Of a stretch of 64,000 bases of DNA, positions 49,008-58,905 are shown one piece after another. Within the stretch, counting starts at the first letter, position 1. Each line of letters starts with the position of its first letter. The notes under the pieces are model-generated. The model was not told the DNA's origin. It made no database searches and was given only the letters and a program-made list of their open reading frames with translations. Source of the DNA: an uncultured Acidobacteriota bacterium (GTDB lineage Bacteria > Acidobacteriota > UBA6911 > RPQK01 > JAPXNP01); the NCBI GenBank assembly GCA_963777605.1, contig CAVZRV010000010.1, positions 416,001 to 480,000 of the forward strand, given 5' to 3'. The translations under genes were made by a program, and so were the position numbers.

Positions 49008-51137
49008 ATGACGATACAGAATGAACGTTTTGACCGCTTTCGACTATTCCGAGTCCTCTTGCCGATTGCCCTGCTTACTGCGCCCATGCTTTCAGCGCAG
49101 TCTCAGCCCGATCCCGAAATAGGCAAGCTACTCGATGCCGACCATTTTCACTGGACACCTCCCTCCTCCGAGACCCTGACTCGGGAGTGGTGGGAACACC
49201 GCCGGACTGATCTGCGGGAGAAACTCCTGGTCACTGCCGGCCTGGTGCCGGAACCGGTTCGCAGTCCGCTCAATGCCAAGGTGTTCGGAGAGGTTTCCGG
49301 CGACGGTTTCACCGTTTCCAAGGTATATTTCGAGAGTCTTCCCGGCTTCCTTGTCACCGGTAACCTCTACAGGCCCACTCTCGGGAAGGGTCCCTACCCG
49401 GCCATCCTGACTCCCCACGGCCACTGGCAATACGGCAGGCTCCAGAACACCGCCGACGGTTCCATTCCAGCCCGCTGCATCGACTTCGCCCGCCAGGGCT
49501 ACGTCGTCTTCTCGTACGACATGATCGGCTACAACGACTCTTTTCAGTTGCCTCACGACAACAACAAGAGCCGTGCCCAACTCGACGCCGACCAACCGCT
49601 CCCGTACGAGCCGCGGTTGTTTCGGGGCGCATTCGATTTTGCCGTGCCCCGCCTCTACGGTCTCAGCCTGGGGGGACTCCAGCTCTGGGACAGCATTCGC
49701 GCACTCGACTTCGTCACCTCGCTGGATGACGTCGATCCCGAGCGGATTGGTGTCACCGGGGCTTCCGGTGGAGCAACCCAGACGATTCTCGTCATGGTGG
49801 CCGACGACCGGGTCAAGGTCGCTGCTCCCGTCAACATCATCGGCATGGAGAAACATCCCGGGTGTGGCTGCGAGAATATCTCCAACCTCTGGGTCGGAAC
49901 CTCGACGCTGGAAATGGCGGCCGTCTTCGCGCCCAAACCGCTCCTGATGGTCTCGGCAACCCAGGATCCCTGGACTAATTCGACTCCGACCCGCGAATAC
50001 CCGACGATGGAGCGGTACTACCGCCTTTACGGGGCGGAATCAAAGCTCGCCAACCACAACGTCAATGCCGGGCACAATTTCAACCCCGAGTCCAGGGCTG
50101 CCGTATATGACTGGTTTCGAAAAGTCCTGAATCCACCCGGTCCCGCGGTCACCAGTCCCCCTCCGGTAGCCACCGAAATGGCTTCCCTCGGCGACCTGCG
50201 GGTCTTTCCCGACCACCTGCTGCCGGACTCCGCCAAGTCAAGCGACCAGATTCTTGCCGACTGGGAGGCTGCATCCGAGAAGTCACTGTCCGAGACCTGG
50301 CCAACCTCCGGCGGCGGTCTTGCTGATTTCTCCAAACGGTTCTCCAGTCACCTCGCCCGACTCCTTTCCGTCGATCGTCCGGTCGATGGTGCGCTGGATT
50401 ATTCCACCGAACTGGAAGAGGCCCGCGGCGATATCATTTACCGGAGAGAGAGGATCACCCAATCTGGAGGCTCCAACCCGATCCGTCTCGAATCAGTGCA
50501 CACATCTTCCGAACCTTCCGGCGCTGTTCTGCTGGTCTATCCCGAGAGCTTCGGTCCCCTCGCCTCGGCCGGGGAGATCAAGAGTGCGCTCCCTCTGATT
50601 CCAACGCTCGTAGAACGGGGCCTGGAGGTCTACCACGCCAGGGGATTCGCCTCCGATGAACGCTCCATTCCCGACCGGGACTGGCAGGCGATGAGCTGGC
50701 CCGATGCCTACAATCGTGACAATCACCTCCGGTCGGTACAGGAAATCGTCACCGCACTGGCCAGCATCCGCGACATCTACCCGGACAAGCCGGTCACGGT
50801 CATCGGTCTGGAGAGCAAAGGAATTGAAGCGGCTTTTGCTGCGGCTGTTTCGGGTCTTGCGGACCGGGTAATCGTCGACCTTGACGGTGAAGACCCGGAG
50901 GTCTCGCTTACCCTCGACCGCCTGTTCCCGGTGGCCGGCCTCAAGCGCATCGGTGACTTCCGTACGGCGGTCCTGCTCCTGTGCAACCACAAGGTGACCC
51001 TGCTGAACCCGGCGAAATCGTTCCCGTCCGACAGCTACCAGAAACGTGCCCTGCAAGCCGGCAAGGGAAACAACCTGACCATCCATCCCGAGATGGCGAC
51101 TACCGACGCCAACTTCATCCGCGTTTTGACGGATTAG
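49008..51137 (+). CDS. Secreted acetylxylan-esterase-like alpha/beta hydrolase
   Basis: Signal peptide; PHGHW and nucleophile GASGG; second, degenerate alpha/beta domain. Confidence 0.8.
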   Translation: MTIQNERFDRFRLFRVLLPIALLTAPMLSAQSQPDPEIGKLLDADHFHWTPPSSETLTREWWEHRRTDLREKLLVTAGLVPEPVRSPLNAKVFGEVSGDGFTVSKVYFESLPGFLVTGNLYRPTLGKGPYPAILTPHGHWQYGRLQNTADGSIPARCIDFARQGYVVFSYDMIGYNDSFQLPHDNNKSRAQLDADQPLPYEPRLFRGAFDFAVPRLYGLSLGGLQLWDSIRALDFVTSLDDVDPERIGVTGASGGATQTILVMVADDRVKVAAPVNIIGMEKHPGCGCENISNLWVGTSTLEMAAVFAPKPLLMVSATQDPWTNSTPTREYPTMERYYRLYGAESKLANHNVNAGHNFNPESRAAVYDWFRKVLNPPGPAVTSPPPVATEMASLGDLRVFPDHLLPDSAKSSDQILADWEAASEKSLSETWPTSGGGLADFSKRFSSHLARLLSVDRPVDGALDYSTELEEARGDIIYRRERITQSGGSNPIRLESVHTSSEPSGAVLLVYPESFGPLASAGEIKSALPLIPTLVERGLEVYHARGFASDERSIPDRDWQAMSWPDAYNRDNHLRSVQEIVTALASIRDIYPDKPVTVIGLESKGIEAAFAAAVSGLADRVIVDLDGEDPEVSLTLDRLFPVAGLKRIGDFRTAVLLLCNHKVTLLNPAKSFPSDSYQKRALQAGKGNNLTIHPEMATTDANFIRVLTD

Positions 51138-51141
51138 GCAC

Positions 51142-51167
51142 GGGCCGGAACCCGGCCCCTCGTTTTT
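51142..51167 (+). terminator. Intrinsic terminator
   Basis: GGGCCGG-AAC-CCGGCCC followed by a T-run. Confidence 0.55.
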
Positions 51168-51176
51168 CATCCAGAC

Positions 51177-51215
51177 AAAAAAGGCATCCCGACCCTGCGC
51201 AGGGCCGGGATGCCT
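51177..51215 (-). terminator. Intrinsic terminator of the CHRD gene
   Basis: AGGCATCCCG...CGGGATGCCT stem with A6 on the + strand (U-tract on the - strand). Confidence 0.8.
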
Positions 51216-51243
51216 CGGCTATCACTCCAGTCTGATATGCGCC

Positions 51244-52740
51244 TCAGGGACCGGTCACAGCCGAAACCGGCAGTGAGGTGAAGATCCCCGCCTTGGTCTG
51301 GTCCAACTCCAGGGCGATCGCCGAAAACGCCCCATCACTCGACGTGATGAGCAGCGTCCCGACAAAGCCAGTCAAGTCCGCATCCGAAAAGGACTCGTCG
51401 ATGAACTCCGCTACCCTGCCGTTGGCAGGAATCCGGATTTCAGCCACGGTCGAAGACGGCCCCACATTCCCAGGATTCGTGCCGGCTTCACTACGCAATT
51501 CAAGGCCGACCGTGATGGGATGGGTCTCGTCATTCCGAATGGCAACCGCCGTCCGGACGCCGCCTTCCTTGCGAACCGGGACGATGGCCCGGGACATCGG
51601 GACGGAAGAACCAAAACCGGCAATGCCGATGCCCGGAATCGAGAAACGGATCACGCCGGAAACCGGCCGATCGGAGATCACTTCAGCCGACCCGAGCAGA
51701 ATATCGCCCACGCCGTCGGTATCGAGAGTCAAACTACCGAGAGGGTCAAGGCTGAAATCAACCTGGGCAACCGGAGTACCCGGAGTGACGACTCCACTCC
51801 CCCCAGCCAGACCGACCGGAAGCGGAAGCCCGTCCATGTCGCGGAAATAGACCGTTCCCGAAGTCGCCGTTGTCGTCGAAGTGTTCACCAGGACAATCGA
51901 CGACGTAAAACCGTCCGTCTCCGCCGTTCCCCCACCGTTTCCGAACTGCGGGAAATAGAGTGCAAGGGCCGGGCGCGGAATCTGGCCACGAATCTCTCCA
52001 TCCGGATTGGTGGTCGAATGCACGTTCACATAAAGGTTCCGCCACCAGAGGCCGTCGAGAAAACTCTGGTAATCACTGGGGTCGCCAAAATCGGCCGCGG
52101 TGACCTCGGCAAAAATGGTCGTCGAGGCATCCAGGGTGTAGACAGGAGCGCCTGTCGCACCGGCGACGCCGGCATGAATATGGGCTCCCGAAATGTTGGC
52201 TACGTCATCGGTACAGGCAAGCGCAAATGCAGTCCTCAGAGGATTCAGGGACCCCATGCAGGCGCCGGTTGAATCGGTGGTGACCGGTGGAACTTCCTGG
52301 CTTCCCTCCAGATCGAAATAGACACCCGAATCAGCTTCGGGTCCGATCTGCCCCCGGATCTCTCCGCCGGGATAGGTGGCGGAATGGATATTCACGTACA
52401 AAAGACCGGCAAAAAGATCACTCACGTTGGCAGCCGTTACCGCAAAGATGCCCTTCATCGGGGACGCAGCGGAGTCAAACGCCAAAATCGGGGCCCCGAT
52501 CTCGTCCGCGGCTCCCTTGTGAATATGAGCTTCCGTCGCGCCGACCACATCATGGCCGCAGATGACCGTCAACTGGGTCTGCGACTCATTCAAATAAGCC
52601 AGGCACTTTCCAACCGAAGTGGAGTCATTGGCGGGAACCTGCTGAACCCCGTTCAAGGTGATATCAAACACCTGTCCATAGGCAGATCCTGTAAGTAAAA
52701 TCAGCCCGAAACACACAAAAAGGAATGTTTTATTTCTCAT
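51244..52740 (-). CDS. Secreted double-CHRD domain protein with a C-terminal beta-rich module
   Basis: Signal peptide from ATG 52740; two AHIH...LYVN(I/V)HS...GEIRGQI repeats; then LYFPQFGNGGG...TSLPV. Confidence 0.88.
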   Translation of the reverse strand: MRNKTFLFVCFGLILLTGSAYGQVFDITLNGVQQVPANDSTSVGKCLAYLNESQTQLTVICGHDVVGATEAHIHKGAADEIGAPILAFDSAASPMKGIFAVTAANVSDLFAGLLYVNIHSATYPGGEIRGQIGPEADSGVYFDLEGSQEVPPVTTDSTGACMGSLNPLRTAFALACTDDVANISGAHIHAGVAGATGAPVYTLDASTTIFAEVTAADFGDPSDYQSFLDGLWWRNLYVNVHSTTNPDGEIRGQIPRPALALYFPQFGNGGGTAETDGFTSSIVLVNTSTTTATSGTVYFRDMDGLPLPVGLAGGSGVVTPGTPVAQVDFSLDPLGSLTLDTDGVGDILLGSAEVISDRPVSGVIRFSIPGIGIAGFGSSVPMSRAIVPVRKEGGVRTAVAIRNDETHPITVGLELRSEAGTNPGNVGPSSTVAEIRIPANGRVAEFIDESFSDADLTGFVGTLLITSSDGAFSAIALELDQTKAGIFTSLPVSAVTGP

Positions 52741-52986
52741 CCTCGTCTCGCCTCCAAAACTTGATTCATCAAAGAGAATCATGACTACCCCAACCGATCG
52801 CCGCAGGTTCACCAACCGCTCTCGGATCCGTGTCAAACGGCAAGAGGCCAGGACCCTTTCCCCCAAAGACTTATCCAAACATTGTACCGAAACAGCGTGA
52901 AATAAACACGCTTCGGTCAAATTGACAATTTAAAAATGTCCGCTGTCACACTGAGCAGCCTTCCCCTGTCTGCTCTTCCGAGAAAC

Positions 52987-53028
52987 AAAAAAGGCGAACC
53001 CTGGGCCCCGGAGGCCTTGAGGTCCGCC
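52987..53028 (-). terminator. Intrinsic terminator of fba
   Basis: A6 followed by a GGCGAACC...GGTCCGCC imperfect stem just past the fba stop. Confidence 0.65.
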
Positions 53029-53047
53029 ACGATTCAAACAGGCCCGT

Positions 53048-53995
53048 TTAGGCAAAAAGCTTGCTCACATCGTCGAGTTGACCGGCACTACCGAGCTTCT
53101 CGTTCTTGTGCGCGATGAAGTTGGCGTATTCGGTCATGAAAATCTTTCCTGGCTTCCGGAGATCGAAGTTCTCAGGGTCGTCACGGAAGCTCTCGCGGTG
53201 GACCCGGCACCATACCAGACGGCCGTCGGTATCGATGTTGACCTTGGTCACACCCAGCTTCGCGGCGCGGCCGAATTGATCTTCGTCGACACCCTTGGCA
53301 CCCTTGAGCGTGCCGCCGGCGGCGTTGATGCGCTGGACTTCTTCCTGCGGCACCGAACTCGAACCGTGCATCACGAGGGGGAACCCATGGCATCGCTTCT
53401 GAATCTCCTCGAGAACCTCGAAATGAAGAGACTGGCTGCCGCTGAACTTGTAGGCGCCGTGGCTGGTGCCGATTGCGCAAGCCAGGCTGTCAACCTGGGT
53501 CCGCTCGATAAACTCGACCGCTTCTACCGGGTTCGTCAACATGGCGTCGGCTTCATCGACCTTGACGTGCTCTTCGACACCACCCAGCATCCCGAGTTCA
53601 GCTTCCACCACGAGGCCCTTGGCATGAGCCCGATCCACCACGCGCCTGGTGATCTCAATGTTCTTCTCAAAGGTCTCGTGGCTGGCGTCGATCATGACCG
53701 AGCTGTAAAACCCGCTGTCGATGCACTCGTAACAGGTCTCTTCGTCGCCGTGATCCAGGTGGACGGCAAAGATCGCCTCGGGGAACACCGTGTCCGCCGC
53801 CTGAATCAGGGCTTCCAGCATTACTTTGTTCGTGTAGGAGCGGGCGCCCTTCGAGATCTGAATGATGAAAGGGGCTTTACTGGAGATACATCCCCGGAAC
53901 AGGCCCATCGTCTGCTCAAGATTGTTAATGTTGTATGCACCTACCGCGTACTTGCCGTAGGCGTGTTTAAAAAGCTCTTTTGTCGTGACGATCAT
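53048..53995 (-). CDS. fba: Class II fructose-bisphosphate aldolase
   Basis: HLDHG, SSVMIDAS, VEAELG, GTSHGAYKF, MHGSSS and KVNIDTD. Confidence 0.95.
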   Translation of the reverse strand: MIVTTKELFKHAYGKYAVGAYNINNLEQTMGLFRGCISSKAPFIIQISKGARSYTNKVMLEALIQAADTVFPEAIFAVHLDHGDEETCYECIDSGFYSSVMIDASHETFEKNIEITRRVVDRAHAKGLVVEAELGMLGGVEEHVKVDEADAMLTNPVEAVEFIERTQVDSLACAIGTSHGAYKFSGSQSLHFEVLEEIQKRCHGFPLVMHGSSSVPQEEVQRINAAGGTLKGAKGVDEDQFGRAAKLGVTKVNIDTDGRLVWCRVHRESFRDDPENFDLRKPGKIFMTEYANFIAHKNEKLGSAGQLDDVSKLFA

Positions 53996-54234
53996 GGATC
54001 ACTCCTCATTTCTTGGATTCTGTCTCCCTGGACAATGCTCATCGAACAGGAGAATCAGGCTACGGGATAATCGAACGGGGAAAGGTTTCTGGACAGAATC
54101 GACGGTGAATCGGCTACCTCCTCCCGACTGAAACCTCCTGCTACTGTCGATGACACCCGAAAGTATACCACTGTGGGGCTAACCCGTTTCAAATCAATTC
54201 AGGAAAAGGGATTTCGGGAATCTGGAGTCCGCGC

Positions 54235-55362
54235 TCAACCGGTGCCAAACCCTTCTTTCTCGCGAAACTGTTTGCGGATCTCCGAAAGGTTTTGCCGTTT
54301 TCGGATGAAGGCATTGACAACGTCGGGATCGAAATGCCTCCCCGACGATTCGATTACGATCCGGGAGGCCTCATCCTCTTCCAGAGGCGGCTTGTAAGGC
54401 CGCCACGACGTCAGCGCGTCGAACACATCGGCAACGGCCACAATGCGACTCTCCAGTGAGATTGCCTTCCCCTTCAGGCCACGCGGATACCCCGTCCCAT
54501 CCCAGTGCTCATGATGCCCGAGCGCAATCGCGGAAGCCATCAGGAGAAGCGGGTTCCTGGTTTCCTCGCCCACGGAGAAGATGTCGAAAGAAAACAGCCC
54601 GGAGAAAGCCCATGCTTTCGGTTGCAGGGAGAGAATCTCGGCTCCCATCAGGCAGTGCTGCTCCATCAACTTGCGCTCCTGGGGGCTCAACCGGCCGTCC
54701 TTGAGCAGAATCGAGTCGGGGATTGCGAGCTTGCCGATATCGTGAAGCGGGCTCGTCATGAAGATCAGGTCTACGAAATCGCGGTCCATTCCGAGTTCCT
54801 CGGCGAGCATTCTGGAGATCAGAGCCACCCGGATAACGTGATTGCCTGTCTCGTCATCCCGGTACTCGGCCGCCTTGGCGAGGCGCCAGATTACTTCCCG
54901 CTGGGAAGCCTCCAGTTGACGCGTCCGCTCGTGGACCCGCCGGTCCAGGTCGATTACCTGGCTGGACAGCCGGTCCTGAAACTCCTTGAGCCGAAGGGAA
55001 CTCCGGATGCGGGCGAAGAGGTCCTCGCGGCTCACCGGCTTGTTGAGCAGATCGGTCGCCCCCAGGTCGAGGGCTTTGCGCTTGAGACCTCGATCGGAAT
55101 CCCCAGTCAGGATGATCACCGGTATCTGGCTCGTCTTTTTGGATGACCTGATCGCCGTCAACAGGTCGAAGCCGTCCTTGCCGGGCATGCGGATATCCAC
55201 GACCACCGTGTCAATCGAGTTTTGTCCAAGGCATGCCAGCGCGTCATCTACGCAGTCGCAGAAATGAGCGTCCCATAAGTGACCCTTCAGCATGCGGGAG
55301 AACAGGTCGAGGAGACTTCGGTCATCATCCACAAACAACAACCGTCCGGGGCTGTCAATCAT
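54235..55362 (-). CDS. REC + HD-GYP c-di-GMP phosphodiesterase (RpfG-like)
   Basis: REC domain (VDIRMPG); ETGNH, LHDIGK, HHEHWDGTGYP and ADVFDAL. Confidence 0.93.
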   Translation of the reverse strand: MIDSPGRLLFVDDDRSLLDLFSRMLKGHLWDAHFCDCVDDALACLGQNSIDTVVVDIRMPGKDGFDLLTAIRSSKKTSQIPVIILTGDSDRGLKRKALDLGATDLLNKPVSREDLFARIRSSLRLKEFQDRLSSQVIDLDRRVHERTRQLEASQREVIWRLAKAAEYRDDETGNHVIRVALISRMLAEELGMDRDFVDLIFMTSPLHDIGKLAIPDSILLKDGRLSPQERKLMEQHCLMGAEILSLQPKAWAFSGLFSFDIFSVGEETRNPLLLMASAIALGHHEHWDGTGYPRGLKGKAISLESRIVAVADVFDALTSWRPYKPPLEEDEASRIVIESSGRHFDPDVVNAFIRKRQNLSEIRKQFREKEGFGTG

Positions 55363-55624
55363 GGCTGTCCCCTGTCTTAATGATCACCGGTCCCAGGCAC
55401 GTCAATGGGCGCATGGCAGGCCATAATAGCACCACTGGAGGTGACTGTTCAGGGGAGGATGGAGAAGAAAATCCTGTCATGTCGTACAATCCGAACTCCA
55501 CCGGAGAAAGTGCTTTGAACCGGCCCCAGCGCGGCACCTCTCAGCCGGGCAGCCGGCCTCGAAACATCTTCGTGTTGTGACAAAGAGAATAGCAGGGATC
55601 GAGCGTGAGTTGGACGGACAGCAG

Positions 55625-57397
55625 ATGACTGCAGCCAGAGGTCAATTCAATTCAAACGTGACAAGGGGCGCTGGAAGGCAACTCCGCGGCACAATCTCCG
55701 ACCTCCTCCGCCGCGGGATTCCCGGATCGTGGTCGGCGGTCCTGGTTCTGTTCGTCCTGCTGTGCCTGGCCAAGTGCTTCTACATCTCGGGATTCTCTAC
55801 CCCGTTCGTTTGGGGAGACAGCTACCTGTATGCCAACCGGGCCTACAACCTGGCCCGGGCCGGCAGTCCCACGATCGAGAACTTCTTCGGGCCAAGCTAT
55901 CCTCCCCTCTATTCGGTATTTCTGGCGCCGGCCTGGCTGGTCACCCGTGACCCCGAGGGCGCCCATCGGCTGATGCTTCTCATCAACATCGTGCTCAACA
56001 GCAGCCTGGTCTTTCCTCTTTTCCTCCTCGGACGAAAGTTCTTCGGAAGAAGAAACGGGTTGCTGATTCCGGCCGTCGCGCTCGGGGCAATCCTTCCGGC
56101 TGTCGCGGCCTACAGCTTCTCCATCATGGCCGAAAACCTCTACATCCCGCTACTGGCGTGGGTCATGGTGGTCCTGCTTCGCTATCTGGAAACACCCAGT
56201 CAGACCTGGGCACTGCTGCTGGGACTGGGAACTGGGGCGGTTGTCCTCACGAAGTCGTTCGGGCTCGTCATGGTCCCCGTACTGATTTTCGGGTTGGCCC
56301 TCGCCCCCGCGGATCCCCGACGAAAGCTCGTCTCTGCGGCCGCCTGTTTCGCCGGCCTGGCCGCGCCGATTCTGGCCTGGCAACTGCTGGCACCTCCAAC
56401 GCCTGCAGCGGTCGCATCCTACTCAGAGGACTACCGGCTCTTCGCTTACCTGGGTCAGATGGCCATCGTCTTTCGCGGATTCGGGTTGGTGGTTCGTTTT
56501 ATCGAACCGGCCGCTGGTCAGTTGTCCTATCTTATCCTCGGTTCCTTTCTGCTTCTCCCGACCGCCCTGATCGGAGAAGGCCCTGGTACGAGCGCTCTTC
56601 CACAGGAAACGGGCCGGAATCTCCGCTCGGCATTCGGAATCCTGATCGCGGCTTCGCTGGTTCTCAGCGTGCTCCACTCGATGGTCCAGTTCTCCTTTAA
56701 TCCTGCCCGTTACGCCCTTATGCCGCGTTACCTGGACCCTCTCATGCCTCTTATCGTGGCCCTCGGCGTCCCCGCCCTGGCTTCCTCCTCTCGATGGCCA
56801 AAGTTGACGGCAGCCGCAACCGGGGTACTGGGAGTCGCTGCCGCTATCACGATCCCTTGCGTCAGCTTCGGAGTGGTGGATCGGATGAGCCTCGGTTTCA
56901 TCACCTCCGCGAACCGCTACCTGGCCTGTCGCCCGGCCCTCATCCTGCTGGCCCTGTCGTGCATCGGAGGAATACTGGTTACCCGGCGACCCTTCTGGAG
57001 AGCGGCATTCCTCGCAGGCGTGGCCTGCGTCGCCATCTTCGGCACCTGGACGTCGATTCGCGCTGAACGGTCCCTCAGCCGGTACCATGAGCGCCAGGCG
57101 GCCTCAGCACGATGGGTCGCAGACCAGATCGAACCCGGGCACCGACTCGTTCTCGACCTGCGCAATCTCGACCCCTCGCAGCAGTCGGTCCGTTCGGAGA
57201 TCTGGAGACTCCTCTACGAGTGCCGGCCAGCTTCCGAGAAGAACCCCATGATCATCAACTCATCGCGGGGCGGTCTCATCCCCGAGACAACGGAGGATGT
57301 CTTCATCATCGGAGTCTCCTGCCTGCTCGAAGCCGGCGGAGACAACCTTGAATCCTGTCTTTACACAGGCCCCTTCGGTGATCGACCCGATCACTAA
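55625..57397 (+). CDS. Polytopic membrane glycosyltransferase (GT-C, ArnT/PMT-like)
   Basis: WGDSYLY, YPPLYS, MAENL, LTK and RYLDP with many TM helices; start codon uncertain. Confidence 0.7.
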   Translation: MTAARGQFNSNVTRGAGRQLRGTISDLLRRGIPGSWSAVLVLFVLLCLAKCFYISGFSTPFVWGDSYLYANRAYNLARAGSPTIENFFGPSYPPLYSVFLAPAWLVTRDPEGAHRLMLLINIVLNSSLVFPLFLLGRKFFGRRNGLLIPAVALGAILPAVAAYSFSIMAENLYIPLLAWVMVVLLRYLETPSQTWALLLGLGTGAVVLTKSFGLVMVPVLIFGLALAPADPRRKLVSAAACFAGLAAPILAWQLLAPPTPAAVASYSEDYRLFAYLGQMAIVFRGFGLVVRFIEPAAGQLSYLILGSFLLLPTALIGEGPGTSALPQETGRNLRSAFGILIAASLVLSVLHSMVQFSFNPARYALMPRYLDPLMPLIVALGVPALASSSRWPKLTAAATGVLGVAAAITIPCVSFGVVDRMSLGFITSANRYLACRPALILLALSCIGGILVTRRPFWRAAFLAGVACVAIFGTWTSIRAERSLSRYHERQAASARWVADQIEPGHRLVLDLRNLDPSQQSVRSEIWRLLYECRPASEKNPMIINSSRGGLIPETTEDVFIIGVSCLLEAGGDNLESCLYTGPFGDRPDH

Positions 57398-57398
57398 A

Positions 57399-58898
57399 TC
57401 ACTGTCCCTTCGCAGTTCGGACGTTCTCGTATTCGTCGCCGGGGGTCCACCGGGGCGCCTCACGATCATCCGCGATATACCGTGAAGCCAGGGCAAACGC
57501 CTGAGAGTAATGCAGCAGGTAGTCGAAATCGAAGTTGTCGTCGGCCTGATCGGCCGGCTGATGATAGAACCGTCGAATAGCGGCTCCAAAGACCCGGAAA
57601 CCCGGACTGAATGTCGGCGCCGGAATCCCTTTCCGGGCAAACGGGAGATTGTCCGACTGGTTGAAGAAGTGCTGGAGTTCCTCGCCGCCCGGGATCGCTT
57701 CGAGGCCAAACTCCCTACAGGCCCGGCGGATCTGTTTTCCCTCGCTGGTTCGATCGAGCCCCAGCACAGTCACGAGAGAAGTGTCCTCGTAGCCTCCGCC
57801 ATCGGCGTTGAGGACGAAGACGGTGTCGTCGAGCGGGATGAGGGGGTGCTCGACGTAGAATCGGCTGCCGAGAAGACCCAACTCTTCACCGTTCAGGGCA
57901 ATGAGGACGACTGACCGCGCCGGGTGGAGTTTCCCCAAGGTCTCGGCAGCGGTCAGCAGGGCAACCGTGCCCATCCCGTTGTCCCGGGCACCGTTGAAGA
58001 TCTGGTCCTCGTCGGTCGCGCCCGGCAAGTCACGGCCACTCCCGAGATGATCGAAGTGCGCCGTCAGTGCCACCCACTGCTTCTTGAGGACCGGGTCCCG
58101 ACCTTCCAGGATTCCGGCGACGTTTTCCGTCTTGACGGTCTCCCGTTGCCTTTTCGACAATACCACCCGGACTTCGACACCTGATCCAGCTTCGATCGTC
58201 TTCAACAGTTCCCCGCCACTGTCTTTCACGAGCAGGTGCGCGACCTCGGGCCTGCCCTTGCTGGACTCTGTGTTCCCGGAGACCAACTGCATCTGCGCCC
58301 GACCGCCGAAGCGGCGGAACATCTCCCACTGGTCGCCGGAATAAAGCTCCAGGATTGCCGCCGCACCCCGCTCCGACAACAGCTTCTCCTTCTCGCGCAT
58401 GGCCCGATAGCCGTTGCCATCCTGACCGTCACCGTAGCGAACCACCGCGACTTTCCCGGCCAGGTCGCGAGGCTGTGCACCCCCGGGCGTTTCCAGTCCG
58501 TATCCTGCGTCTACTGCCTCGGAGCTGAGGTCAACACCGCCGCCCGAAAGAAGGAGAAAGTCCTCGAGACGCTTTCCTGCAACCGACAGATCCTGCTCCT
58601 TGGGAGGCCAGATCTTTTCCATCGTGAACGGTTGCATGAAGTCAGTCGCGGAAGGCACCGGGGATGCTCCATTAAGCCGAAACTGTTCGGCGATGTACCG
58701 CGCAGCAGCCTGATTTCCAGGAGTCCCGGCAGCACGTCCCTGCAACTCATCGGATGCCAGAAATCGAACCTGTGCCTCGACTTGGGCCCGGGTCACGCCG
58801 AACACCGGCAGGTCACGAGAAGGGTCACGAAACCCGGACTGGGAAACCAGTACGCTCCCCAACAGGACGGCACCAGCAAGCAAGCCACGATATCTCAT
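57399..58898 (-). CDS. Secreted M28 peptidase with PA domain
   Basis: FLASDELQGR, TAHFDH, NGARDNG, GEE, SDN and YHQPAD. Confidence 0.92.
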   Translation of the reverse strand: MRYRGLLAGAVLLGSVLVSQSGFRDPSRDLPVFGVTRAQVEAQVRFLASDELQGRAAGTPGNQAAARYIAEQFRLNGASPVPSATDFMQPFTMEKIWPPKEQDLSVAGKRLEDFLLLSGGGVDLSSEAVDAGYGLETPGGAQPRDLAGKVAVVRYGDGQDGNGYRAMREKEKLLSERGAAAILELYSGDQWEMFRRFGGRAQMQLVSGNTESSKGRPEVAHLLVKDSGGELLKTIEAGSGVEVRVVLSKRQRETVKTENVAGILEGRDPVLKKQWVALTAHFDHLGSGRDLPGATDEDQIFNGARDNGMGTVALLTAAETLGKLHPARSVVLIALNGEELGLLGSRFYVEHPLIPLDDTVFVLNADGGGYEDTSLVTVLGLDRTSEGKQIRRACREFGLEAIPGGEELQHFFNQSDNLPFARKGIPAPTFSPGFRVFGAAIRRFYHQPADQADDNFDFDYLLHYSQAFALASRYIADDREAPRWTPGDEYENVRTAKGQ

Positions 58899-58905
58899 CG
58901 GGTGA

